Below are positions 46,841 through 56,173 of a stretch of 64,000 nucleotides of DNA, in pieces. The translations under genes and the position numbers were made by a program. How positions within the stretch are numbered: position 1 is the stretch's first letter; every line of letters begins with the position of its first letter. The notes beneath the pieces were generated by a model. It had not been told where the DNA came from. It did not search any database and worked only from the letters and a program-made list of their open reading frames with translations. The DNA is from Ignavibacteriaceae bacterium (lineage in GTDB: Bacteria; Bacteroidota; Ignavibacteria; Ignavibacteriales; Ignavibacteriaceae): positions 5,176-69,175 of the forward strand of contig JACZKK010000158.1 in NCBI GenBank assembly GCA_014860115.1, given 5' to 3'.

Positions 46841-46893
46841 CAAAAAAATATTCCCGGCCGAGGACAGCATATAACCGTACAGGATGCCGGGAA
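46841..46893 (-). terminator. hairpin plus T-run between the 90-aa ORF and gatE (weak terminator or attenuator)
   Basis: Minus strand: TTCCCGGC (46893-46886) pairs with GCCGGGAA (46858-46851), 27-nt loop, then TATTTTTTT. gatE ATG is only about 30 nt further. Confidence 0.4.
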
Positions 46894-46923
46894 CACACAA
46901 GCAACATAAAATATTGGGTGGGA

Positions 46924-47196
46924 TTAATATGATATATCGCTTATTTCAATAATTTCAGCTTCACTATCATGCTTGCGCAAATAGCTGATGAACTCCGGAT
47001 TAAGATACTGCTGATGATTCTTTTCATATTCTCTTAACCAGTGCTCAACTTCTTCGTGAGATAATGAACTCTTTAAATAATTGAGTTTTTCCGTGTCGTC
47101 AAATATCCGGTAGTAATATATTTTTTTATTGCTCATAATTTTTCTTTCCCCGGTTCTTTCTGATACTTCTGATAATCTTTCATCAGTTAAAGTCAT
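46924..47196 (-). CDS. hypothetical small protein
   Basis: 90 aa from ATG 47196, or 70 aa from ATG 47136 (MSNKKIYYYRIF...). Both starts have plausible SDs. No recognisable motif. Confidence 0.45.
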   Translation of the reverse strand: MTLTDERLSEVSERTGERKIMSNKKIYYYRIFDDTEKLNYLKSSLSHEEVEHWLREYEKNHQQYLNPEFISYLRKHDSEAEIIEISDISY

Positions 47197-47216
47197 GATA
47201 AAACCTCATTACAAAG

Positions 47217-48362
47217 TTAAAAAAGTTTTCCACCTTTTTTAAGGATATCTCTGGCTATAATTCCTTTTTGGATTTCGTTTGTACCTTCAAAAATCCTGTT
47301 AATTCTTGAGTCCCTGTAATATCTTTCTATCGAAAGCTCCTGAGAGTAGCCCATTCCACCATGAATCTGAACAGCGCGATCAGCTACTTCATCAAGCGCA
47401 TCGGAACAGTAGAGCTTTACCATTGCTGATCTTGTTGAGATATCTTTTTTCAGATCATAATCTGTTGCAGTACGATAAACAATTGATTCCATATTAAATA
47501 TCATCGTCGCCATCTCAGCTAACATAAACTGAACAGCCTGGAAAAAACTTATAGGATGATCAAACTGTTTTCTTTCCTTTGCATAATTTGTTGATAGTTC
47601 CAGAAGTTCTTTTGCGACACCGAGACAGGCAGCACCCAAACCAAGTCTGCCAGCATCAAGAGTTTTCATAGCAATTAAAAATCCACGCCCGTCTGTTCCT
47701 AACAAATTTTCTTTTGGAATGCGGACGTTCTCAAAACTCAATGCATTGGTTGTACTTCCCTTAATTCCCATTTTCTTTTCAGCTGGACCGGCTTTGAAAC
47801 CGGGTGTATCGGTCTCAACAATAAATGCACTAATGCCTTTTTCAGTTCTTGCAAACAAAGAAAGGATACCCGCAATAGCACCGTTTGTTATCCAAAGTTT
47901 CTCACCATTTATAACCCATTCATCTCCAACAAGATCCGCTTTTGTTTTAAGATGAAATGAATCAGAACCAGCTTGAGCTTCTGTTAAACAGAACGCGCCG
48001 ATCTTTTCTCCGGTTGCAAGCTGGGTTAAATATTTTTTCTTCTGTGCTTCGCTGCCACCGACGTAAATTGCATTCGAACCTATTGATTGGTGAGCTCCTA
48101 TGAAAGTTGCAGTAGACATACATCCTCGTGCAATTTCTTCCTGCATCAGGCAGTACCCAACTTCACCCATTCCTCCGCCACCGTATTCTTCCGGAAATGA
48201 TATTCCCAGAAAACCAAGCTCCGCCATTTTCTTAATTAAGTCTTCGGGAATTTTTGCTTCGCTATCAATTTTTGAAGCGATAGGTTTTATTTCGTTGTTG
48301 GTGAAGTCTCTCACCATTTCACGAAGCATCTGCTGTTCTTCGGTAAGTTTTAGTTCTAACAT
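47217..48362 (-). CDS. acyl-CoA dehydrogenase (short/medium-chain type)
   Basis: 381 aa. 'AFCLTEAQAGSD', 'WITNG', 'YRDSRINRIFEGTNEIQ' C-terminal signature. Confidence 0.9.
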   Translation of the reverse strand: MLELKLTEEQQMLREMVRDFTNNEIKPIASKIDSEAKIPEDLIKKMAELGFLGISFPEEYGGGGMGEVGYCLMQEEIARGCMSTATFIGAHQSIGSNAIYVGGSEAQKKKYLTQLATGEKIGAFCLTEAQAGSDSFHLKTKADLVGDEWVINGEKLWITNGAIAGILSLFARTEKGISAFIVETDTPGFKAGPAEKKMGIKGSTTNALSFENVRIPKENLLGTDGRGFLIAMKTLDAGRLGLGAACLGVAKELLELSTNYAKERKQFDHPISFFQAVQFMLAEMATMIFNMESIVYRTATDYDLKKDISTRSAMVKLYCSDALDEVADRAVQIHGGMGYSQELSIERYYRDSRINRIFEGTNEIQKGIIARDILKKGGKLF

Positions 48363-48883
48363 CTGAAAAAATCGCCTTAATTTAATTAATAAATTCTCCC
48401 CTGATGAGAAACCCCCGGAAAATTCCCCTCTACCAGTGGTCGCCTTACAGTTTCAAATAATATTCCACAAAGCGCAACTAATTAAGAGAATGAAACGGGC
48501 AAAATCAGGCTATTTCTTGTTAATTGTTATCAATTAATGGAAAGGAGGGTTTGATGTTTTCTTAGATGTGAGAAGGGGGAAAACTTAAGAGAACGAATGG
48601 ATGATTGAATGAATGTATGATTATTTATAAGAATCAAGTATACACTCAGATATTATTTCAATATTCTTTGTTCGGGGTTCGATATTTCTCAGAATAATGA
48701 ATATCAAATAAAGAATGTTGAACTCAGAAATCAATTTGAAAATATTTCCGCTTTCTTCTCGGTTCCACACAATCGGACTTTGCATTTAGAAACATACTAT
48801 CTCACAACTTAATACTACTTTGGGTAAACGAAGACAAAAAGTAATACGTTTCCTTTATGCAGGCACCCAATTTTTTGCAATAA

Positions 48884-49375
48884 TTATCTCAAGGCAAAAC
48901 TTATCCCTAACTGAAACAATTTAGAATTACCGCCTGATAAGTCTGTATTTATATTCTGTTTATACATTACGTTGTATTTTAAAACCGCTTCTTTCATCTT
49001 GTTGTTACCAACAACATTAAGTACTGCCCCAAGCATAACGATTCCCGCTCCTGCAATTATAAGACCCGTCTGTGATTCCTTGCTAAACACACCATAGCCC
49101 AAACAAAAGCCCCCGACAAACCCTGTGATGTTGGCTAAAGTATTAAATGTTTTAGAACCCCCATATAGGCTTCCGATCTCTGTGTCATTCAAAGAGAATA
49201 AAATATTTCTAAATTCATCAGAATCAATTTCCTGACCACAATATTTATATGCCGGGGCCCAAAAACCAGTTTCATACTCAAGTATTGAAGTTGAATCCAC
49301 GGTCTGTGCAAAAGATGAAACCAGTATACAATAACCCAATGCCATACTAACCATCAAGAAAAATGTATTTTTCAT
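48884..49375 (-). CDS. hypothetical membrane/secreted protein
   Basis: 163 aa. Signal-like N-terminus and two Gly-rich hydrophobic segments ('ITGFVGGFCLGYGVF', 'GLIIAGAGIVMLGAVLNVVG'). Confidence 0.5.
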   Translation of the reverse strand: MKNTFFLMVSMALGYCILVSSFAQTVDSTSILEYETGFWAPAYKYCGQEIDSDEFRNILFSLNDTEIGSLYGGSKTFNTLANITGFVGGFCLGYGVFSKESQTGLIIAGAGIVMLGAVLNVVGNNKMKEAVLKYNVMYKQNINTDLSGGNSKLFQLGISFALR

Positions 49376-49500
49376 TTTTACACTTTCAAGTTATTTATTG
49401 TTCGATCATTAATGTTTAACCTTCTTCAAAAACCTCCCTGCGTTCTTCCTCGTTCCACTTCGCCTGTTTTTAAATTACTTTTATGTAAAAGTTAAAAATT

Positions 49501-49827
49501 CTACCTCGGCACAATAATTATCGATTCAATACTTCTTGAAAACCTGGCAAGGAGATATTTCATAAAATCGCCGATAATTATTGCAGGTTTTCCAGTACCT
49601 TTGGTTATTACTCTGCAAGTTAGAATTTTCACTCTTGATTGCCAGCTGATATTAATCGCTCCTCTCACATTTGGATTAACACTGTGGATTTTTGCCCAGC
49701 CGGGACTTCTGCCTGGTTTTTGCTTTGCTTCAACATAAAAATTATACTTCCAAAGTTTTTCATCATGAGCAATCACATCTCTCAAAGATTTTCTTTCTGA
49801 GCAAACCACTTGGATTAATGTCTGCAT
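49501..49827 (-). CDS. hypothetical soluble protein
   Basis: 108 aa. Strong SD 'AGAGGAG' 5 nt upstream. 18 nt downstream of the PAP2 gene. No motif recognised. Confidence 0.55.
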   Translation of the reverse strand: MQTLIQVVCSERKSLRDVIAHDEKLWKYNFYVEAKQKPGRSPGWAKIHSVNPNVRGAINISWQSRVKILTCRVITKGTGKPAIIIGDFMKYLLARFSRSIESIIIVPR

Positions 49828-49845
49828 TTCAGTCTCCTCTTTATT

Positions 49846-50661
49846 TTAAAAACTGACTTGAAAACCGAATATTGGCTTATGAATAAATTCCTGCGGAGTC
49901 GCTGCTTCATTATTATTATTATTCTCAGACTTATGAAGTTCTGGAATCAGGTATCCGATTGCTGCGCCAACTATGTAGCCGACAATTACATCAGTAGGAA
50001 AGTGATTGTGTGTATTAATGCGTGAGAATCCTGTTACTGCAGGAATTATCGCAGCAGCACTCCATATCAAAACTTTCGCAGTGTTATCAGTCAAATATTC
50101 TGAAAATACTTTTGCTGTAAAAAAAGAGTTTGAAGCGGTTACAGATGTATGTCCGGAGTAAAATGAGTACCTTGCATTAACTTTATATTTTTCTTCGATT
50201 GGACTGCCCGCATCATAAACAAAAGGTCTGTTTCTTGTAGTTAATCCTTTTATTAAAGTATTAATGCCTTTGTTTAAAAGGAAGACTTCTCCATACATCA
50301 AAGCAAGCGTACCGAAATCCTCCCTTGTTTCATCATATGTGAGAAATGTCAGCGGCAATAAATATGAACCATAGAGTAATGCGTCCGCGAGTACATCATC
50401 CCGATAGGGACCAACTGCAATTCTATCAAACTTGTTTACATCCTCTGTTTTGAATAAACTAATCCCATCTTCAGTCAGCTTATCGTTGTTAAGCACAACT
50501 ATCAGCGCAGCAATTCCGATTGCTGTCCCCGCTCCGATTATAACAGCTTCCTTTCCTGTTTTTAATTCGAAAGGACCTTCCGCGGTAACCTGCGAGAATG
50601 AAAAATTAAGAGATAGCAGAAAAGAGAGGAGAAGAGGAAAAGATATTTTATTTAAAATCAT
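49846..50661 (-). CDS. PAP2-superfamily phosphatase (membrane)
   Basis: 271 aa. 'KGLTTRNRPF' (KxxxxxxRP), 'YSGHTS' (SGH), 'SRINTHNHFPTDV' (SRxxxxxHxxxD). Confidence 0.8.
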   Translation of the reverse strand: MILNKISFPLLLSFLLSLNFSFSQVTAEGPFELKTGKEAVIIGAGTAIGIAALIVVLNNDKLTEDGISLFKTEDVNKFDRIAVGPYRDDVLADALLYGSYLLPLTFLTYDETREDFGTLALMYGEVFLLNKGINTLIKGLTTRNRPFVYDAGSPIEEKYKVNARYSFYSGHTSVTASNSFFTAKVFSEYLTDNTAKVLIWSAAAIIPAVTGFSRINTHNHFPTDVIVGYIVGAAIGYLIPELHKSENNNNNEAATPQEFIHKPIFGFQVSF

Positions 50662-50772
50662 TGATATTGCAGATAAGATAAATTGAACTGTTTTGTTTAA
50701 GAAAAGTATGATTAATATCCGAAAGATAAAAGAAGCGGCTGACTTAAAGATGCCAACCGCTTTAGAGAAAGT

Positions 50773-52938
50773 TTAATTGAAAGCATAGCCGAAGTTTATA
50801 CCGCCATAAAAGTTACGTGGCTCGCCAGCTTCATAAAATCGACCATTGCTTGAGTTGATATTCACAAAACCAGCATAAACCAGATCGCTTATATTATTTA
50901 CACCTCCAGAAACTAGCATGTTAAATTTTCCAAAGACCATATCCAGCCCTATGCCAGCATTTAATGTTGTGTAGTCCTCGGTTCTACTGCTATTATCAAC
51001 AAAGTAATTTTCATCATTTACGTACATTTCACTCACATATCTCACGCTACCTCTAATAAAACCAGTTATGTCTGTTGTAAAAGAATGGTTATAAGATAAT
51101 GCAAAAAATAAGTTATGCATAGGCACACTTGGTGCAAGATTGCCCGAGAAGTCTTGAGTTAATGTATCAAGATTGTCATCAATCGTCAGTGCAATATATT
51201 CATCATATTCGAAGCGGGAATAGGTATATGACGCTTGCAGATTTAGACCTTTAATTACATCCACGCTTCCACCAACCTCTAAACCATTTCGGGTTGTCTT
51301 AGCTGCATTACGGAAAAACACATCGCCATAAACTTCGAATGGAATAATTTCATTTTCAATAAAAATATTAAAGAATGTAACCTCAAAGCTTACATTGTTG
51401 AACATTTGCTCATCAAAGCTTCTTATATTTCCTTTAATTCCTATTTCAAAGTTCCTGGATTCTTGTGCATTCAGGTCCGGGTTTAAATTGATGGATGGAT
51501 TTGAGCTGGTTGGATAGTTGTCCATTTCATTTCCGGCCGGCGAATCAAAACTAAGACCGTACGAAGTATATATAGCAACACTCTGTGTTAGTTTAAAGTT
51601 AAGTGCTGCCTTAGGTGTAAATGCTTCGAATCGTCTGAAAGCACTTCTGCTGCCGAGAAGCATATCATCATTTTGAAAATATACATTATCATACCTGCCA
51701 GTAAGCAATAGATAAAACCTCTTTCCGTACAGTTCAAGGAAATCTGAAAAGTATATTCCGCTATTTCCCTGTATTTCATCAGTGAGTGAAACAAGCTGAT
51801 CTCCTTTTTGTCCGCCGATATTATCATACTCTTCAACCGGCCCGGTTTGATAAAGAAGATCTCCACCAACAGAAAATTCATTATCCAATCCACCGATATT
51901 ATGTCTGTTGATGTATCTGAACGAAGATCCTAGTCCGTACCGATTCATTATTCTATAAGTGGCTGCAGTACGATGGAAGTACTTGATTGTTCCATATGGC
52001 ATAATTTCTATTTCCTGGTTATCGTTCGTGCCAAATTTTGTGTTGAACTTTAAGCCAATCCGACCTTTTTGCGTGATTCTTTTTGCGTCTCTGTCTATTT
52101 CTCTTTGAGCTGCCTGGTATGGATCTTCATCAAACTCTTCTTTTGTTAAAGAACCGGGAAGTTTAATGAGACCATCAACAAAGTACCCATAGATCTGAAG
52201 ATTAGTTCCATCTCCGGGAAGTACATCCACAACAGTATTAAAGATATGCCAGTAGTCTTCGCTGTGAGGTCTGAAACCTTTATAGTTGTGATAGCTGTAT
52301 GTTCCGAGAAATCCATATTTATCTGTTCTTATGCCAAACTTCAATCCGTTTCTTCTCAAATCAAAAGAGCCGAACTCGTTGAATTGAGTTGCGAACGAAT
52401 ACGGAAAATAAATATCGTTGATGAAGTTTATAACACCGCCGGGTGCATTGGTGTAAAGAGAAGATGAGTTTCCCTTTACCAGCTCAATGCTTCCGATTGA
52501 ATTGAAATCTATTGCTTCAATTCTTGTCTGCCCGTCCGGTTCTGATTCCGGGATTCCATCGAGCAGAATTCTTACTCCTCTTATACCTGTGTTCGATCTA
52601 CTGCCGAACCCCCTTATTGCAACTCTCACATCATGGTTTCCATAGCGTGATTGAAGAAACAAACCCGGCACATTTTCAAGAACGTTATCAATAGAAACTT
52701 TTTTTGAAAATTTATATTGAGTATTCTTAAGTCGAATTACAGGATAAGGTATATCAATTATCTTCCTTTCCACGCGTGTTGCAGTTACCATTACATCATC
52801 CGTAGCATAAGTCAGCGAATCAACTTTTGTCATCGACGTATCGCCAACCACAAGCGTCTGCTGGGCTTGCAATATAGCACTGCTCATTAAAAGGAAAAGA
52901 AGAAGAATTACAGGAGAAACTGTTTTTGATTTGAACAT
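50773..52938 (-). CDS. TonB-dependent outer-membrane receptor
   Basis: Met at 52938 (SD 'AAGGTG') gives the signal 'MFKSKTVSPVILLLFLLMSSAILQAQ'. Plug motifs 'VMVTATRVERK' and 'GVRILLDGIPESEPDGQ'. Long beta-barrel with aromatic-rich C-terminus '...GGINFGYAFN'. Confidence 0.9.
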   Translation of the reverse strand: MFKSKTVSPVILLLFLLMSSAILQAQQTLVVGDTSMTKVDSLTYATDDVMVTATRVERKIIDIPYPVIRLKNTQYKFSKKVSIDNVLENVPGLFLQSRYGNHDVRVAIRGFGSRSNTGIRGVRILLDGIPESEPDGQTRIEAIDFNSIGSIELVKGNSSSLYTNAPGGVINFINDIYFPYSFATQFNEFGSFDLRRNGLKFGIRTDKYGFLGTYSYHNYKGFRPHSEDYWHIFNTVVDVLPGDGTNLQIYGYFVDGLIKLPGSLTKEEFDEDPYQAAQREIDRDAKRITQKGRIGLKFNTKFGTNDNQEIEIMPYGTIKYFHRTAATYRIMNRYGLGSSFRYINRHNIGGLDNEFSVGGDLLYQTGPVEEYDNIGGQKGDQLVSLTDEIQGNSGIYFSDFLELYGKRFYLLLTGRYDNVYFQNDDMLLGSRSAFRRFEAFTPKAALNFKLTQSVAIYTSYGLSFDSPAGNEMDNYPTSSNPSINLNPDLNAQESRNFEIGIKGNIRSFDEQMFNNVSFEVTFFNIFIENEIIPFEVYGDVFFRNAAKTTRNGLEVGGSVDVIKGLNLQASYTYSRFEYDEYIALTIDDNLDTLTQDFSGNLAPSVPMHNLFFALSYNHSFTTDITGFIRGSVRYVSEMYVNDENYFVDNSSRTEDYTTLNAGIGLDMVFGKFNMLVSGGVNNISDLVYAGFVNINSSNGRFYEAGEPRNFYGGINFGYAFN

Positions 52939-52985
52939 AGTACACCTTATATAATTACTCAATTAGTTAATTATTAAAAAAATAA

Positions 52986-53522
52986 CTACGTGAGTCGCGG
53001 TGGTGGTGAAGGTATGTCCAGATGAAGAGATTTATATGAATCGGTCCGCCAGTAGTTAAATACTGTTTCATTAACCAGAGCTATACCGATTTGTTCTTGT
53101 TGAACCGGTTCTGAAATTGAGAGATTATATTTTATTACCGAAGGTATTTGTTTATCCTCCATAGAATTTTTATGGACTCTTTTCTCAAATTCTTCTTCCA
53201 GTTTCTTTTCTTTTGTATCGTTAATGACATAAACAATTAATTGCCCGGCTGTCTCTTCTTTCGTAACAATATCGTACATATCGCCATTATACTTGAACTC
53301 GCGCGAATGTATCCATCTGAAATCAATTTTATTATTCTCGATATCTTCTTTATTAAAAATCAATAGCTCGATCATTTCTTCTTCGGATGGCATATCTGCC
53401 CGAAGCATTCCTAGATATTTGTAGTACATAGACATGAAAGGATGAATAGCCAGAAATCCGATGGTGTTATAAAGAAAAAGAGAAAGGATCAATATTGAAA
53501 CAATTCTTCTCATGCTCAACAA
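52986..53522 (-). CDS. hypothetical membrane-anchored protein upstream of the TonB-dependent receptor
   Basis: 178 aa (TTG start in the track; ATG at 53513 is more likely). N-terminal TM 'IVSILILSLFLYNTIGFLAI'. 23 nt from the receptor gene. Confidence 0.5.
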   Translation of the reverse strand: MLSMRRIVSILILSLFLYNTIGFLAIHPFMSMYYKYLGMLRADMPSEEEMIELLIFNKEDIENNKIDFRWIHSREFKYNGDMYDIVTKEETAGQLIVYVINDTKEKKLEEEFEKRVHKNSMEDKQIPSVIKYNLSISEPVQQEQIGIALVNETVFNYWRTDSYKSLHLDIPSPPPRLT

Positions 53523-53837
53523 TCATCAACCATAGTTTGAGTAAATCAGTTTATTACTATAAATTGAAAAGAATTCAAAAACTGTGCTTTAAAATAACTA
53601 CTATTAACAATAAAAACACTTAACGGTGAGAATTAAAAAAGGAGTTTTGCCGGAATGGTGCGTGTTTATTGCAAATAAATTGAATGAGCATCCTTACTTT
53701 TTTACCAACAATATAATCTGGTCGTTTGATTACATCTTTGAATTTCGTTTTGCCCGATCTGGAAGTGCTGCAAAATCATTTAAAAATTTTTCCATTTTGT
53801 ACTCCATCACTAATAATCATAAACTAGCTAATAAGTT

Positions 53838-54392
53838 TCACTTCTTCTTCTGAATGCCTCTCCATCCCGTGGTAGGAACCATCGTTGGTCTTTGTATTTT
53901 ACTCATATAACCAGCTTGCTCTGCAATGTAAAAAGCATCGGGTTCAATTTCCTTAACAAGCTTAACCAGTGTTGACAAATTTTTTCTTTCGGAAGCGACA
54001 TAAATTTCAGTGACTTTCCCATCTTTACCTTCACCTTCAAATGTAGTAACAGCGAATCCATTTGAGCGGAGAGAGTTTGTAATTTCTTTAACGTGCTTAC
54101 TTGTGATAATTCTGAAATTAGTATAACCCATTGCCAATCTTTTTTCAACAAGAATTCCAACAACATTACCCGTAGCAAAACCAAATGCATAAAAAACACC
54201 GAGAAGCGGAGATTCCACAACTTTGGGAAGAACTGCGCTTAGAACTAAAAGCCACACACTTATTTCTATAAAAGCCAGGAAGAATGCAATCTTCGTTCTT
54301 CCCTGCACAATGCTTATTGTCCTTAAGGTGCCAAGCGATACATCAACTACGCGTGCTAAAAAAACAAGTATCCCAAGTATCCAGATGTTCAT
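53838..54392 (-). CDS. UPF0316/DUF2179-family membrane protein
   Basis: 184 aa. Three N-terminal TM helices ('ILGILVFLARVVDVSLGTLRTI...') followed by a soluble DUF2179-like domain ('AVTTFEGEGKDGKVTEIY'). Confidence 0.7.
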   Translation of the reverse strand: MNIWILGILVFLARVVDVSLGTLRTISIVQGRTKIAFFLAFIEISVWLLVLSAVLPKVVESPLLGVFYAFGFATGNVVGILVEKRLAMGYTNFRIITSKHVKEITNSLRSNGFAVTTFEGEGKDGKVTEIYVASERKNLSTLVKLVKEIEPDAFYIAEQAGYMSKIQRPTMVPTTGWRGIQKKK

Positions 54393-54487
54393 AGATTTTT
54401 TTCTATTAAATTATTTCTGACGTAAAATTACAAACAAAAGATATGCACATCAGATAAATTTATAAATAGGCTACCCTGGAGAGTATC

Positions 54488-55675
54488 TTAATTAACTGTA
54501 CAAACCAATCCCTTGAGGTACAGCCCTTCCGGGAAATTAAGAGAAACGGGATGGTCTGACGATTGAGTGAGTTGTTTGATCATCTTAATTACTCTTCCGG
54601 AATCAAGAGCAGCTCCGGCAACAATTTTTTGAAAAAGTTCTTGTGAGATGTGACCGGAACAGGAGAAAGTAAACAACACTCCTCCTTGATTAAGTAATTT
54701 CATCGCAAGTAAATTTATATCCTTATATCCCCTGCTTGCTTTTTGAATTTGATCAGCGGACTCAGCAAACTTTGGCGGGTCGAGAACTATCAAATCAAAT
54801 GTTCTTCTTTCATCTCTGAATTTTCTAAGTATTTCAAAAACATCTCCGTTGATGTTTTCAACTAAAGATGGATTGAGATTGTTCAGTTCAAAGTTTTTAT
54901 TAGATAGATCAATTGCAGAAGATGATGATTCTATCTGTGCTATTTTTTCCGCACCAGATGCAAGTGCATAAACAGAAAAGCCTCCTGTATACGAAAAACA
55001 ATTCAACACAGTTCTTCCTTTTGCAAATTCCGAAATCAGTTTTCGATTGTCTCTCTGATCAATATAGAAACCTGTTTTGTGACCATTTTTAATATCAACC
55101 AAAAACTTAAACCCATTTTCCCGAACTTCAATAAGATTATCAGGAGCTATTCCCTTGAGTATACTCTGGTTTGGCTGGAGTCCTTCTTTAGTTCTAACTT
55201 CAACATCAGATCGTTCAAATATTCCAAAAGGTTTGAAGATATCATTAAGAATTTCAATTATCGTTTCTTTATTAAACTCAGCACCGGCAGAGAGAAACTG
55301 GCAGACAAGAAAATCCGAGTAACGATCGACAATCAGTCCCGGTAATCCATCACTTTCGGCATTGATTAATCTGTATGCATTTGACTGGGATTCATCAATG
55401 AATTGTTTTCTAAGTTCAGATGCCAGAGATATTTTCCTGCTAAAAAAGTCTTTGTCAATTTTTTCTTCAGGATCAAATGACCAGACTCTTACACGGATTT
55501 GAGATGTTGGTGAGTAGCTTCCGGAGCCAATTAGGGATTTATGCGATGTGAATATTTGGACGGTACCGCCGTTGGAAGGATTGCCTTCAATCTTACCAAT
55601 AGCACCCGAAAATATCCACGGATGTTTTCTTTTTATAAAACTATCGGCTGAGCTTTTTAGTATAACTGATGACAT
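54488..55675 (-). CDS. rlmI: 23S rRNA (cytosine-C5) methyltransferase RlmI-like (PUA + class I SAM MTase)
   Basis: 395 aa. 'KRKHPWIFSGAI' PUA-type N-terminus. 'VLNCFSYTGGFSVYA' SAM motif I. 'LIVLDPPKF' motif IV. Confidence 0.85.
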   Translation of the reverse strand: MSSVILKSSADSFIKRKHPWIFSGAIGKIEGNPSNGGTVQIFTSHKSLIGSGSYSPTSQIRVRVWSFDPEEKIDKDFFSRKISLASELRKQFIDESQSNAYRLINAESDGLPGLIVDRYSDFLVCQFLSAGAEFNKETIIEILNDIFKPFGIFERSDVEVRTKEGLQPNQSILKGIAPDNLIEVRENGFKFLVDIKNGHKTGFYIDQRDNRKLISEFAKGRTVLNCFSYTGGFSVYALASGAEKIAQIESSSSAIDLSNKNFELNNLNPSLVENINGDVFEILRKFRDERRTFDLIVLDPPKFAESADQIQKASRGYKDINLLAMKLLNQGGVLFTFSCSGHISQELFQKIVAGAALDSGRVIKMIKQLTQSSDHPVSLNFPEGLYLKGLVCTVN

Positions 55676-55681
55676 AATTAA

Positions 55682-56134
55682 TCAGGCGGGTAGTTTCCCC
55701 AACACTCCCCATATCCACTTATGTGCCCGATGAATGAAAGCAGATGGTTGGGTAAACATTAGAATACATTCGTTAGAGACGCAGTCGATTCCATTCTCTT
55801 CGCAAAATTTTACAGCAGTTTCTGATTGTGAACCTTGCTGTAACCAGACTTTATTAATCCCGGCTTGTTTTGCTTCCCTCACAACTTTTTCTGTTTGCGC
55901 AGGAGGCACATTAATAATAACCGCATCAACTTTTTCGGGGAGTGAAAGTAAATCCGGATAGCAGGCATCTCCCTCAAAAACAGCTATGTGCGGATTGATT
56001 GGAAAAACATCATAATTTTTTTGTTTCAGCTCTTTGAAAATGGCATTACCAAATTTTGTTTTCTTTCTGGAAACACCAACGACAGCTATTTTCTTCTGAG
56101 CTATAAAATCCTCAACAAGTTTTTTTGAGTTCAT
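55682..56134 (-). CDS. CoA-binding domain protein (YccU-like)
   Basis: 150 aa. 'KKIAVVGVSRKKTKFGNAIFKEL...VFPINP'. Confidence 0.85.
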   Translation of the reverse strand: MNSKKLVEDFIAQKKIAVVGVSRKKTKFGNAIFKELKQKNYDVFPINPHIAVFEGDACYPDLLSLPEKVDAVIINVPPAQTEKVVREAKQAGINKVWLQQGSQSETAVKFCEENGIDCVSNECILMFTQPSAFIHRAHKWIWGVLGKLPA

Positions 56135-56173
56135 TTTGAAGTTCCTTAAGTAATTATCTTAAACGAAATTAAA

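Noticed and set aside
48401-48408. 'CTGATGAG' followed by 'GAAA' (ctgatgagaaacccccggaaaa), reminiscent of a hammerhead ribozyme core.
   Set aside because: I could not draw helices I, II and III. The bases between CUGAUGA and GAAA ('GAAACCCCCG') do not form a stem II, and there is no complementary stem III or cleavage-site context. It is most likely a chance octamer in the acd upstream region.
48674-48683. 'GGGGTTCGAT', resembling a tRNA/tmRNA T-arm.
   Set aside because: The flanking sequence cannot form the T-stem, acceptor stem or any other tRNA arm, and there is no CCA-proximal complement. I found no tRNA-like cloverleaf in the window.
48745-48768. A 19-24-nt similarity, 'gctttcttctcggttccac' versus 'gcgttcttcctcgttccac' (49440-49458), flanks the 163-aa gene. 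It looked like direct repeats of an insertion.
   Set aside because: Only 15/19 positions match ungapped. My rough estimate is that thousands of such matches are expected by chance among all position pairs in a 64-kb AT-rich window. No other mobile-element hallmark is present.
49909-49923. An (ATT)5 trinucleotide repeat, considered as a phase-variation tract.
   Set aside because: It lies in frame in the PAP2 gene and encodes Asn5 in the C-terminal tail. Changes in unit number would keep the frame, and the tract is short.
53523-53837. A 315-bp gap examined for a decayed gene. Candidates were minus-strand fragments MEYKMEKFLNDFAALPDRAKRNSKM* and MLIQFICNKHAPFRQNSFFNSHR*, and the 75-aa plus-strand track ORF 53626..53853.
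   Set aside because: The frames are interrupted by several stops with no recognisable domain. The plus-strand ORF has a poor start context and low-complexity composition and overlaps the UPF0316 gene end. There is not enough evidence for a pseudogene call.
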